The notes: generated by a model from the letters alone, not told the origin. Positions 29,254 through 37,958 are shown, counted from the whole stretch's first letter. The stretch is 63,419 nucleotides of DNA, filler included, from 4 parts of 4 records of this genome joined end to end with filler, not necessarily neighbours in it, one strand, 5' to 3'. Translations and numbers: made by a program.

Positions 29254-29283
29254 TGGTTAGGTTCTTGAACTGAACGGCACTCA
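29254..29283 (+). promoter_or_regulatory. Putative ECF promoter for the paralogous small-protein pair
   Basis: TGGTTAG-N16-GCACTCA, same spacing as 24712-24741. Confidence 0.7.
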
Positions 29284-29360
29284 TCAATGATTGGATGCAA
29301 ATTCATCAGGACGAAAGCCGAAAAGTCCTTCATAGAGTAGGCAACTTAAAAAAAACTAAT

Positions 29361-29831
29361 ATGAGTAATTTATTATCACTTGGAGAATTTGAATTGATCT
29401 TAAAGAAACAATCTCCTAACGACTTCAGAACAGACGGCTGCATCAAATGGCCACCGATTTTTGATTTCTTCTTTCCTCCAATGTTCGACCTATTTGCGCG
29501 TTCAAATGAATTGGTTAAAAATGCGAGCGTCAATCAAACTCCTGATTCCGTGAAAGAGTTGGGTTTCCGTATTGAAAATCAACTTATCCCAAAATTGAAA
29601 CAAGCGACCAGCGTTGAAGAAGCAGATACGATCGTCAAGGAAATTTTTTACGAATACCCAGAGATGAAAATGCTTGTTGCTGAATACAGTGACAAAGTGA
29701 AAGAAAGTCTTGGAAACAGCAGTGATCCAACACTTATGATGATTCCGCCGGTGATTGCTGTAATTGTAGTTAGAGCTGTAGCGGTGTACGCAATTGGATA
29801 TGGTATAGGCTACTTTTTTGGTGGTAAGTAA
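29361..29831 (+). CDS. Hypothetical protein A (156 aa) with C-terminal hydrophobic GxxxG bacteriocin-like peptide
   Basis: ATG 29361 after an A-rich leader; paralogous to the next ORF (MSNLLSLGEFEL vs MNEILSLGNVEL); tail MIPPVIAVIVVRAVAVYAIGYGIGYFFGGK. Confidence 0.75.
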   Translation: MSNLLSLGEFELILKKQSPNDFRTDGCIKWPPIFDFFFPPMFDLFARSNELVKNASVNQTPDSVKELGFRIENQLIPKLKQATSVEEADTIVKEIFYEYPEMKMLVAEYSDKVKESLGNSSDPTLMMIPPVIAVIVVRAVAVYAIGYGIGYFFGGK

Positions 29832-29850
29832 GACATTAAAAACAGAAATC

Positions 29851-30327
29851 ATGAATGAAATATTATCACTTGGAAATGTTGAACTTTTCCTTCGCGGAAA
29901 GTCTTCAAGCGGAAGTCTTCAGACAAAACAGTTATTGACAAATACGGAATGTATCTCAACTCCTGATTGGTGGATTGAACTCCTTCCATTTTTGTTCAAC
30001 TACTACATGAAGGGGTCAAGCATAGGATCAAAAGATTTTAGTACAGACTATCCCTATACCGCTGTTGATTTGCAAAAAAGTCTGACCGAAAAGATCATTC
30101 CTTCGGTTAAAAGAATGGAGGATTTCGATGCGATACACACTTCGTTGAAAGACGTTTATGCAGCACTTCCAGAAGCTAAATTCGCAATGAATGCCATTAA
30201 AACAGACGTCGGTTGTTCACCAAACTCAGGACCTGGCGCAATACAAGCAATTCCAATAATTCCGATTGTTTATGGCTTGATCTTTTTACTCGGCGTGAGT
30301 GATGGACTGAGAAATAAAAAGAAGTAA
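29851..30327 (+). CDS. Hypothetical protein B (158 aa), paralog of A, with C-terminal hydrophobic GxxxG peptide
   Basis: ATG 29851; tail AIPIIPIVYGLIFLLGVSDGLRNKKK; followed by a terminator. Confidence 0.75.
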   Translation: MNEILSLGNVELFLRGKSSSGSLQTKQLLTNTECISTPDWWIELLPFLFNYYMKGSSIGSKDFSTDYPYTAVDLQKSLTEKIIPSVKRMEDFDAIHTSLKDVYAALPEAKFAMNAIKTDVGCSPNSGPGAIQAIPIIPIVYGLIFLLGVSDGLRNKKK

Positions 30328-30350
30328 CCGAATAGTTCGATTATTAAGAG

Positions 30351-30386
30351 AAGAAAGGCTGTCTGAGAGGACAGTCTTTCTTTTTT
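30351..30386 (+). terminator. Rho-independent terminator (possibly bidirectional)
   Basis: AAGAAAGGCTGTC / GACAGTCTTTCTT plus T-run. Confidence 0.85.
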
Positions 30387-30420
30387 GTGGCAATGAATGA
30401 ACCCTATTAATTGGTCACTA

Positions 30421-31002
30421 TTAATCGTTCAACCCTTTTCCTTCGTAGATTCTTGGAATGTATTTTTCAATCCTAGATTCCCGCGTTTTGGACTGTTTTG
30501 CCTGCGAAAAATAAAGTAGATAGCCTTTTTGTCGTCCAGGGGTTAAGGCTTTAAACGCAGCTTCTAAGCCCTGAATTTCTTGAAATTTTAGCTGAAGTTC
30601 CTCCGGTACATTGAACTCTGATGTTTTTTTCATTTTCACCTCTAGCCCTGCTTTTTCGATCTCGACAGCTTCGAAAATGTATGTTTTTATGATCGCTTCG
30701 AGTTCCACAATTTCGGTAACGTTTGTAAATCGAATTTGACGTGCGGATTGAACATTTTCCGTTTGTTGGATTAATATGTTCTCTGTATCGTTCATCAAGA
30801 CACCTTTGTGGAAGAGCAGCGCACAATAATCTTTAAACTGGTGAATTAAAACGATGTTCTTTCCTTGCAAGGTGTAGCATGGATGCATCCATTTGAATTC
30901 TTCGGTCAATCCACAGTCCAGACAGATTTTCCGCAAAACGCTCATTTCTTCTTTCCACTTTTTTACTTTCCCTAAAAATCGATCTACCTCTTCTGATTTC
31001 AT
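30421..31002 (-). CDS. YdeI/OmpD-associated family protein (DUF1801)
   Basis: 'EEFKWMHPCYT..GKNIVLIH.FKDYCALLFHKG', 'LTPGRQKGY', 'KQSKTRESRI'. Confidence 0.88.
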   Translation of the reverse strand: MKSEEVDRFLGKVKKWKEEMSVLRKICLDCGLTEEFKWMHPCYTLQGKNIVLIHQFKDYCALLFHKGVLMNDTENILIQQTENVQSARQIRFTNVTEIVELEAIIKTYIFEAVEIEKAGLEVKMKKTSEFNVPEELQLKFQEIQGLEAAFKALTPGRQKGYLLYFSQAKQSKTRESRIEKYIPRIYEGKGLND

Positions 31003-31007
31003 ATAAT

Positions 31008-31412
31008 CTAGTTTTTAGCGAGCTTAAGTTTTCGGTTAGATGGTCTAAAATACCAAGATGACACTAAGAAAATTGTTTGAAAAACAGGTCCAAAGATTGC
31101 ACTTCCAACATCTCCGATCGCCAAATGTGAAAATAAAGCACCCGTCAGTAAAAAGAAGAAACCTGCGTAAGCCCATTCTTTTAGCAACGCATTCTTTGGA
31201 ATTAATATCGCTATTACGCCAAGTACTTTCCAAACGCCAATGATGTACATGAAGTAAAGTGGGTAACCAACATGAGTGATCAGTTCGTTCATCTCTTCCA
31301 AATGAAGGATTTGTGAGATTCCACTCCCGAGCATTCCAAAAGACAAAAGTGCTGTGGTGATCCAATAAATGATTTTGCCTGTTCGTCCAGTATTTGAGAT
31401 TTCCTTTGTCAT
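31008..31412 (-). CDS. DoxX-like family membrane protein
   Basis: 'IYWITT', 'GYPLYF..IIGVWKVLG', 'LKEWAYAGF'. Confidence 0.85.
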   Translation of the reverse strand: MTKEISNTGRTGKIIYWITTALLSFGMLGSGISQILHLEEMNELITHVGYPLYFMYIIGVWKVLGVIAILIPKNALLKEWAYAGFFFLLTGALFSHLAIGDVGSAIFGPVFQTIFLVSSWYFRPSNRKLKLAKN

Positions 31413-31423
31413 ATTACGTTGAT

Positions 31424-31882
31424 TTATCTGGTTAAAACTTCTTCTAATTTGTCGTGTGCTCTATTTATTCCAAATGCGAAAGGCAATTTTAGGATTTCGT
31501 CGCGATCGGCAACGGATTTATAGATCACTTTCATATTGAGTCTACTCGTAGTTTCCGTGAGTGGTTCAAATTCGAGGTATTCCAATTGAACTGGGTAAGG
31601 TGCATTCTCCATTTCAAACGTTCTCGTTATTCTTTGATTTACTAAGAACTCATGAATAACGCCATTGAATCCGTGCTTGTTTCCCATCGGATCAGTGGTT
31701 ACGAATTGGTAACTTCCGTGACGTCTGCTTTCTAGTTTCACCACTTTCGTTCCCATCCATTGTTCCACAATTTCTGGTTCTACGTAGGCTGTAAAAAGTA
31801 ATTCTACGGGTAAATTAAATTCTCGGGTGATCAGCACCTCTTGCTTCCCGTCTTCCGCGTTGACTTTTGTTTTTTGTTCCAT
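31424..31882 (-). CDS. SRPBCC/AHSA1 domain protein
   Basis: 'ITREFNLPVELLF.AY..PEIVEQWMG', 'RITRTFE'. Confidence 0.85.
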   Translation of the reverse strand: MEQKTKVNAEDGKQEVLITREFNLPVELLFTAYVEPEIVEQWMGTKVVKLESRRHGSYQFVTTDPMGNKHGFNGVIHEFLVNQRITRTFEMENAPYPVQLEYLEFEPLTETTSRLNMKVIYKSVADRDEILKLPFAFGINRAHDKLEEVLTR

Positions 31883-31886
31883 CTGG

Positions 31887-32210
31887 CTATTTTTTCGATT
31901 GATGTTTTTTCATGGCTTCTTCCAATTTATCAAATCGGTCATCCCACATTTTTCTGAACGGCTCAATAAAATCAGCTATTTCTTTCATTCCGTTCGGATT
32001 AAGCTGATAATAAATTTCTCGGCCAGTTTGCTCTTGTACCAGAATGTCGCACTCCGTAAGAATCTGAATATGTTTTGAAATGGTTTGTCTGGAAGAATCA
32101 AAATTCTCGGCAATTGCTGTTGGAGTCATAGCCTGAAGCGCAACCAGCGAAATAATCATTCTTCGCGTTGGATCGGCAATGGCTTGAAATACATCTCTTC
32201 GTAATTTCAT
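31887..32210 (-). CDS. ArsR/SmtB family transcriptional regulator
   Basis: '[14 protein letters not shown]', '[12 protein letters not shown]', 'GREIYY'. Confidence 0.92.
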   Translation of the reverse strand: MKLRRDVFQAIADPTRRMIISLVALQAMTPTAIAENFDSSRQTISKHIQILTECDILVQEQTGREIYYQLNPNGMKEIADFIEPFRKMWDDRFDKLEEAMKKHQSKK

Positions 32211-32212
32211 TA

Positions 32213-32256
32213 TGCAGTTATTTGACTGCAAATATATACGCAATCATTTAACTGCA
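32213..32256 (-). promoter_or_regulatory. Putative ArsR operator pair flanking a TAnnTTTG promoter
   Basis: TGCAGT-N6-ACTGCA (32213-32230) and CGCAAT-N6-ACTGCA (32239-32256); minus-strand TATATTTG at 32229-32236. Confidence 0.65.
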
Positions 32257-32300
32257 CAAATTAAAATTGATTTTTTTTCTAAAATCCGTCGGTTTCTAGT

Positions 32301-33956
32301 CTACAGATGAGGTAAAATGTATTTCTGAAAAATAGCCTCTGGTTGCTGCGTCTTTCCGTTCTGAAAATTTCCTGAAGTAATCACAGCTACTATGTTGAGA
32401 CTGGGAACTACAAAAATGTATTGTCCTCCTGCGCCTCGAGCTTCAAGCGTTTCAATGGTTTTCTTACCAACCTGATAAGAGCCATGCCACCAAAGATATC
32501 CGTAGCCATTCTTATCTTTTGTATTCTCCAGAACACGGTAATTTTTTAATGACGCTTTAATCCATTTCTTGGATAAAACGCGCTTCTTTCCATGCTTTCC
32601 CTTGTTCAAATAGAGTTCTCCAAATTTCAACATATCTCTTGGCGTCAAATACATTCCTCCGCCAAAATATGGACTCCCTTTCAAATCTGTTTGGATAATA
32701 TAATTCGTGATTTCCAGTTTTTGAAACAATTTTTCGTCCATGAATAACTCCAACGGCTCGGTTACCATTGAATCGACAGCAATTCCCAGTAAATATGGAT
32801 TCGCAGAGCCATAATTCGCCTTTGTGTTCGGAGCGTGAATCATCGGAGAATTTAAGATCGTTTCTGTCCAGTCTTTTGTTCGTTGATAATTATCTTCCAC
32901 CGCGGGAGATTTGGGATTCGCGTTAATTCCGTAATCAATGGCGTCCAATCCTGAACTCATTGTCAACAGACTTTGAATGTCAATTTTCGACTTCATGCTA
33001 TCCTTGTAAACGAGGTATTTCTCTGGAAGAAAATCAAAAATGGACTGCTCAACATTGCTAAACAGCGCATTGTCCTTTGCTATTCCGACAATTGCTGACG
33101 AAATACTTTTAGATGCGGAGCGCATGTCATGTGGGAGATTTACTTGGTAACCGTCAAAGTATTTCTCATAAATCAACTCCCCTTTTCTCGAAATCAAAAC
33201 GGAATGTGTATTGGGAAGTGATTTGTTAGAAATGAGTAATTCCATTTCACTCAACTGAAGTTCAAACGCCTCGTTCGACGAACTAAAACCACCAATTTCC
33301 CAATCTACTTCTGATCTTTTTAACACAAGTTGAGTAATCAAAAAATCACCTGCATACATCTCCAATTGAATTTTCTCAGAAAGCAATTTGCCTTTGAACT
33401 GCAGTCCCGTTTTGAAATCTGTAAATGAGATTTGTTCATTCTCTTTTTGAAAATTATCGCACCACGTTCCTGTAAATCGGTCATCTCCAAAAATGGGATA
33501 CGCTTCGTAATTATCTTTCGAACCGTTCTCAACACTTAAATAAAAGCGGGGCGATTTCAGTTCGTCAACCATTAGCAAATTCCACGTTCCAACAAACGAA
33601 TTTGTCGTTGATTTTAGCAATTTTACGTGATAAAGAAGCAATCCAGATTTTATGAATCCGTTGACTTCACTTCCTGTTTCTGATAGAACCCCTTCAAAAA
33701 GTAAATCACCTCCAAACACTGCATTAATTTCATCTTTTTCAATCTGTTGAATCGGATAACTCGTAGTATTCTCCGCATTTGAGATCGTTAAACTTGCATT
33801 CTCTTCTCCGAAGTTTTCTATTTCGATGTTTAAACTGAATATTCTTGAGTTGTGAATCGTTCCTTCCCAACCGTCCGTGTAGGTCTCCATATCTTGGGCG
33901 TAAAAGCCAAAAGTGACAACTGTGAAAAAGCAAAATAGAATGTATTGAAGTCTCAT
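32301..33956 (-). CDS. Serine hydrolase, beta-lactamase class C-like family
   Basis: SxxK (SASK), LLTMSSG, 'YGYLWW', 'ARGAGGQYI'; signal peptide. Confidence 0.88.
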   Translation of the reverse strand: MRLQYILFCFFTVVTFGFYAQDMETYTDGWEGTIHNSRIFSLNIEIENFGEENASLTISNAENTTSYPIQQIEKDEINAVFGGDLLFEGVLSETGSEVNGFIKSGLLLYHVKLLKSTTNSFVGTWNLLMVDELKSPRFYLSVENGSKDNYEAYPIFGDDRFTGTWCDNFQKENEQISFTDFKTGLQFKGKLLSEKIQLEMYAGDFLITQLVLKRSEVDWEIGGFSSSNEAFELQLSEMELLISNKSLPNTHSVLISRKGELIYEKYFDGYQVNLPHDMRSASKSISSAIVGIAKDNALFSNVEQSIFDFLPEKYLVYKDSMKSKIDIQSLLTMSSGLDAIDYGINANPKSPAVEDNYQRTKDWTETILNSPMIHAPNTKANYGSANPYLLGIAVDSMVTEPLELFMDEKLFQKLEITNYIIQTDLKGSPYFGGGMYLTPRDMLKFGELYLNKGKHGKKRVLSKKWIKASLKNYRVLENTKDKNGYGYLWWHGSYQVGKKTIETLEARGAGGQYIFVVPSLNIVAVITSGNFQNGKTQQPEAIFQKYILPHL

Positions 33957-34017
33957 TTAACTGATTTTAGAGAAACGGTAAAGTTTAGGTTTTAACTCTT
34001 ACGAGAATTGTATAAAA

Positions 34018-34824
34018 TTAACGTCCCTCTATTTCGCGGAGCAGTTTTGTTGGAGTTCTATGATATACTCGTTTAAAATTGGAGATAAAATGGCTTTGAT
34101 CATAAAAACCGCATCGATAGCAAATTTCTGTCATGGAAAATTGCTTGGTTGTCAGCAAGTGGAATGCCTTATTGAGTTTTAGCAATCGAATGTAGTTTCC
34201 AAGACTGGTCCCAAAATACCTGCTAAATTCTCTGGACAAATGAATTGGGTGGATTTCTAAAATGGCGCTTAAATTTTTCAGCGAGTAATCGATTTCTTCC
34301 TCTAAAATTAGTGCTTGAAGCTTACTCACCCAGAAAGGTTTCTTCGCAGACATCTCTCCCTCTTCCTGAATCGTTCCGAAAACATCTAACAAAAGTGTTT
34401 CTATGCTCATTTTTGAGTACTGATCATTCGTTTTAGATTCAACGAATAGTTTATTCATTAAACTCTTCACCAACGGGCTTTTTAAGTCAACGCTGCCTTC
34501 TGCAACTGCTGTCGAAACGTCATATTTTGAAAACCAATCTTCTTTAATCTCAATATGAAAACCTCGTGTTGTTTCTGGCGGTTTGATGTTGTAATGAGCG
34601 TCTTGCCAATTATGAAATAATAAACTTCCAGGTGCTAAAAGGTGCGTTTTTTTCTTATCATACTCAAATAATTTCCCTTGAAGAAGGTATGTGAAATAGG
34701 CATTTTCGTGATAGTGCCAATCAACTCGGCTCTCGGTGTACATGGTATCCGTCAGAATGATATTATCATAACTTGACTTTTGGTAATGCGTTCCGTAAAA
34801 TTCGCCTGTTTCTAGTTTGTTCAT
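34018..34824 (-). CDS. AraC family regulator (cupin plus HTH)
   Basis: 'WHYHEN'; 'HPIHLSREF'; 'CGFYDQSHF'. Confidence 0.9.
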   Translation of the reverse strand: MNKLETGEFYGTHYQKSSYDNIILTDTMYTESRVDWHYHENAYFTYLLQGKLFEYDKKKTHLLAPGSLLFHNWQDAHYNIKPPETTRGFHIEIKEDWFSKYDVSTAVAEGSVDLKSPLVKSLMNKLFVESKTNDQYSKMSIETLLLDVFGTIQEEGEMSAKKPFWVSKLQALILEEEIDYSLKNLSAILEIHPIHLSREFSRYFGTSLGNYIRLLKLNKAFHLLTTKQFSMTEICYRCGFYDQSHFISNFKRVYHRTPTKLLREIEGR

Positions 34825-35029
34825 TGTTTTCCTTAAAACATGTTGACCTCAGCACAAAACCCTATACTATAAACGGACTAAAATGAGACGTTTACATCTC
34901 CCTTTGTAAATTGGCAACACTTCTTCTAAAGTAGGAATCAATTATAGTTATTCATTTCATGAAAACAATGAAGAAGAGTGTAATATTCATATATTTACAT
35001 TCAATCAACACACCTATAAATCAAAAATT

Positions 35030-35311
35030 ATGAAATTAAAAATGATGTTTTTATCGTTGGCTTTTATTTTTCTAGCGAACGTAGCAAGTGCATTCACAAT
35101 CAAGTACTACAACAAAGATTCTAAAAAACATACAATGGAAGTTAGATCGAACGGCTCTACTCAAAAAGTAGAATTTAATAGTTCTACGTCTGGGTCTACT
35201 TCTATCCAAACGAGCGCATCTGTAGTGGAAATTAAAACTTCTTGCGGATGGGTTAAAGTTAAAGACGGAGCGAAGGTAACAATCAAAGATGGTTGCATTA
35301 CAGTAGAATAG
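35030..35311 (+). CDS. Small secreted hypothetical protein (two Cys)
   Basis: Signal peptide ending ASA; A-rich leader; followed by a hairpin. Confidence 0.75.
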   Translation: MKLKMMFLSLAFIFLANVASAFTIKYYNKDSKKHTMEVRSNGSTQKVEFNSSTSGSTSIQTSASVVEIKTSCGWVKVKDGAKVTIKDGCITVE

Positions 35312-35332
35312 TTCGTTGATTATCAGCAATTT

Positions 35333-35365
35333 AAAGCCTTGACGATTACTGTCAAGGCCTTTTTT
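35333..35365. terminator. Terminator between convergent genes
   Basis: GCCTTGAC / GTCAAGGC plus T-run. Confidence 0.75.
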
Positions 35366-35392
35366 ATTCTATGACCACTTTCTCGAAAACGA

Positions 35393-36355
35393 CTATGATT
35401 TACCTCTCAAAGAATAAGTAGTATTTTTCTTGTCGCCCTCTTTTACAAAGATTCCAAGTTGCACTCCAAGTTTTAGGTCTCTACTAGCTGTTGCCGAAGA
35501 GATATCTGTGAAAGTGAACATATAATTCTTACGCGTAAAAAAATCGCTAGTAATCTCCGAGAAATACATAATTCTATCCTCAGATGTCATTATTCTACTC
35601 TTGAAATTCAACATTTCATACAGCGATTGATCAATAGTTGCCAGCATGTAGGTAATGAAAGGTGTTGATTTTCCTTGTTTATCACTTTCAGCTAAGGCGG
35701 CATAATACTCACTTTGTCCACTACTAATAAGACTTTCAAATGGAATAAATTCAAACACAGGAAAAGATTCCATGAGTATTAACGATTGCCAAAGTCTTCC
35801 CATTCGACCGTTTCCGTCGTCAAATGGGTGAATAAATTCCATCTCGTAGTGAAAAACACAACTTTTTATGAGCTCGATTTCTTCTGAATTCTGAAGATAG
35901 TCGAACAAATCCGACATAAGGAATGCCACCCTGTCTGCAGGAGGCGACATGTGCACTACTTTATCCCCTTTTACGATCCCAACTCCCTTTCTTCTATACT
36001 CTCCAGCGGAATTGATTAATCCTTCCATCATTTCTTTATGCGCTTCTAAAAATGAACTTTGAGAGAATGGATCATAAGAACTCAAGTTGCTATAAACTTT
36101 TATGGCGTTCATAACCTCCGTGACATCTCTAATAGGACCAACGATTCTTTTATTATCCAATAAAGCGGTTATTTGCTCTTCTGTGAGCGTATTACCTTCT
36201 ATGCTCAGCGATGAATGAATGGTTTTAATTCGGTTTTCCTTTCTAAGTTTTGGAGATGGTCTATTTAAAAACTTGGCATTTATTTGTCCGATTTTCTCAG
36301 ATATTGAGCTAATCAATTTTAGAATTTGATGAGTGACTTCGTATGGAGGTGTCAT
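35393..36355 (-). CDS. Class II Fic protein with C-terminal HTH
   Basis: HPFDDGNGRMGR catalytic motif; inhibitory SxxxEG (SLSIEGN); C-terminal 'ISSATASRDL'; ATG 36355 (MTPPY). Confidence 0.92.
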   Translation of the reverse strand: MTPPYEVTHQILKLISSISEKIGQINAKFLNRPSPKLRKENRIKTIHSSLSIEGNTLTEEQITALLDNKRIVGPIRDVTEVMNAIKVYSNLSSYDPFSQSSFLEAHKEMMEGLINSAGEYRRKGVGIVKGDKVVHMSPPADRVAFLMSDLFDYLQNSEEIELIKSCVFHYEMEFIHPFDDGNGRMGRLWQSLILMESFPVFEFIPFESLISSGQSEYYAALAESDKQGKSTPFITYMLATIDQSLYEMLNFKSRIMTSEDRIMYFSEITSDFFTRKNYMFTFTDISSATASRDLKLGVQLGIFVKEGDKKNTTYSLRGKS

Positions 36356-36357
36356 TT

Positions 36358-36387
36358 TGATACTATCATTTGATACTATCAAAGTTA
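36358..36387 (-). promoter_or_regulatory. Tandem palindromic operator next to the Fic promoter
   Basis: TGATACTATCA twice (36358-36368, 36371-36381); minus-strand TAACTTTG at 36380-36387. Confidence 0.65.
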
Positions 36388-36422
36388 GCTATTTTGTTTG
36401 GATGACGATCTACCCCACAAAA

Positions 36423-36451
36423 AAATCCCACTCGAAGCTCGAATGGGATTT
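36423..36451 (-). terminator. Terminator after tig
   Basis: AAATCCCA.TCGA / TCGAATGGGATTT with an A-run on the + strand. Confidence 0.75.
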
Positions 36452-36474
36452 CATATCATTGAAAAATTTCTGTT

Positions 36475-37827
36475 CTACTTCGAAGCAATAGCAACGAAAT
36501 CATCGTAAGAAATTTCTTTTTCGTTTAATTTAACTGTGCTTTTGAAGAAGTTCGTCAATTTGCGTTCAGCCAACATATCGTACACACGATTTGCTTCTTC
36601 ACGGTTTTGCAACACTTGCATTGCAGAAGCTGTTAACTCAGCATCTTCTGGTGCTGGCATTCCGTATTGTGCATAATTGCTTACCAACAATCCTTTTGTG
36701 AAGTCGATTACTTCTTCGTTCTCCAATTTAATTTCGTTCGCTTTGAAAATATTTCCTTGGATCAATTGCCATTTCAAGCTTTTCGCATAATTATCGTAAT
36801 CCGCTTCGATTTGCTCCATTGTGACTTCTTTCTCATTCGAGATTTTAATCCAACGCTTCAAGAAACCATCTGGTAGATCGACTTTCGTGTTTTCAACAAG
36901 ATTTTCGTAAACGTCTCTTGTTAAAATACGGTCTGAATCGTTCACAAACATTCCTTCCAAATCCGTTTTCACGCGATCTTTCAATTCTTTTTCTGAAGAA
37001 ATTGTTCCTTCACCGAATAATTTGTCAAACAATTCTTGGTTCAACTCAGCCAATTCCATTGCTTTGATCTCATTGATTGTCAGTTGGAATTTATCCGAAA
37101 CAGTTTCAAGAATAGCTTCGTCGATTCCTAGCATTGAAGCCGTATCTTTTCCACCACGAGAAACATTTAAAGGAGAAGCAATTACTTTATCGCCAATCTT
37201 TTTACCAAGGAAGCTTTTCTTTGTTGCCTCATCTTTCACCAATTCCATTGAAACTGTTGATGAATGAAGAATTCCTCCTTCTTTGATTGATTCGTCGTCG
37301 TTTAACTCAACAAATTGCGCCATAATCATGTCGCTTTCTCCAACTGCATCACTAGAAACTAATTTCCCGTAACGACGTCTAAGATCTTCAATTTGCTTTC
37401 CGATTAAGTCTCCGTCAACTTTTACTTTTAAATAATCGTATTTGTCTTTGTTAGACAATTTAACTTCTACTTTCGGAGCCAATCCAATTTCGTACGTAAA
37501 TTTGAACTCAGCAGGTTTGTTGAAGTCACCTTCTACCTCTACTCCTTCTTTTGGAATAGGATTTCCTAGAACTTCTACCTTGTTTTCTGAAAGATACGCT
37601 TGAATACCTTCGTTGATCACTTTGTTAAGCTCTTCAACCAACACAGACTTACCGTACTGCTTTTCGATTAAACCGAAAGGAACATTTCCAGGACGGAATC
37701 CAGGAATTTTAGCCGTCTTTCTGTATTTATTTAGCGTTTCTTTTACCTTAACTTGGTAATCCTCAGGCTGAACCTGAACTTTCAACAATGCATTTAAAGC
37801 ATCCACGTCTTCACGAACAACATTCAT
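36475..37827 (-). CDS. tig: Trigger factor
   Basis: 'IPGFRPG.VP' ribosome-binding motif; 450 aa; downstream of tRNA-Leu. Confidence 0.95.
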   Translation of the reverse strand: MNVVREDVDALNALLKVQVQPEDYQVKVKETLNKYRKTAKIPGFRPGNVPFGLIEKQYGKSVLVEELNKVINEGIQAYLSENKVEVLGNPIPKEGVEVEGDFNKPAEFKFTYEIGLAPKVEVKLSNKDKYDYLKVKVDGDLIGKQIEDLRRRYGKLVSSDAVGESDMIMAQFVELNDDESIKEGGILHSSTVSMELVKDEATKKSFLGKKIGDKVIASPLNVSRGGKDTASMLGIDEAILETVSDKFQLTINEIKAMELAELNQELFDKLFGEGTISSEKELKDRVKTDLEGMFVNDSDRILTRDVYENLVENTKVDLPDGFLKRWIKISNEKEVTMEQIEADYDNYAKSLKWQLIQGNIFKANEIKLENEEVIDFTKGLLVSNYAQYGMPAPEDAELTASAMQVLQNREEANRVYDMLAERKLTNFFKSTVKLNEKEISYDDFVAIASK

Positions 37828-37896
37828 TTTACTTTTGTTTTACGTTAATTCCAAACAAAAAATGGCATAAGTCATCTTACACCATTCTTTTTTTTG

Positions 37897-37958
37897 TGCG
37901 GATGGAGGGACTCGAACCCACACACCTCGCGGCACTAGATCCTAAGTCTAGCGTGTCT
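37897..37958 (-). tRNA. tRNA-Leu(TAG), 5' end cut by contig end
   Basis: Minus strand CTAGA-CTTAGGA-TCTAG anticodon arm, long variable arm, GGTTCGAGTCC T-arm, CATCCGC-A acceptor end. Confidence 0.93.

Noticed and set aside
29361-30327. Bacterial gasdermins next to the CHAT protease
   Set aside because: Much shorter than gasdermins, appear helical with hydrophobic C-tails, and lack the N-terminal Cys/beta-strand pattern
6467-37958. AT-rich block ending at a tRNA as a horizontally acquired genomic island
   Set aside because: It is a separate contig bounded by spacers and carries housekeeping genes (tilS, tig, sppA); no integrase or att duplication seen
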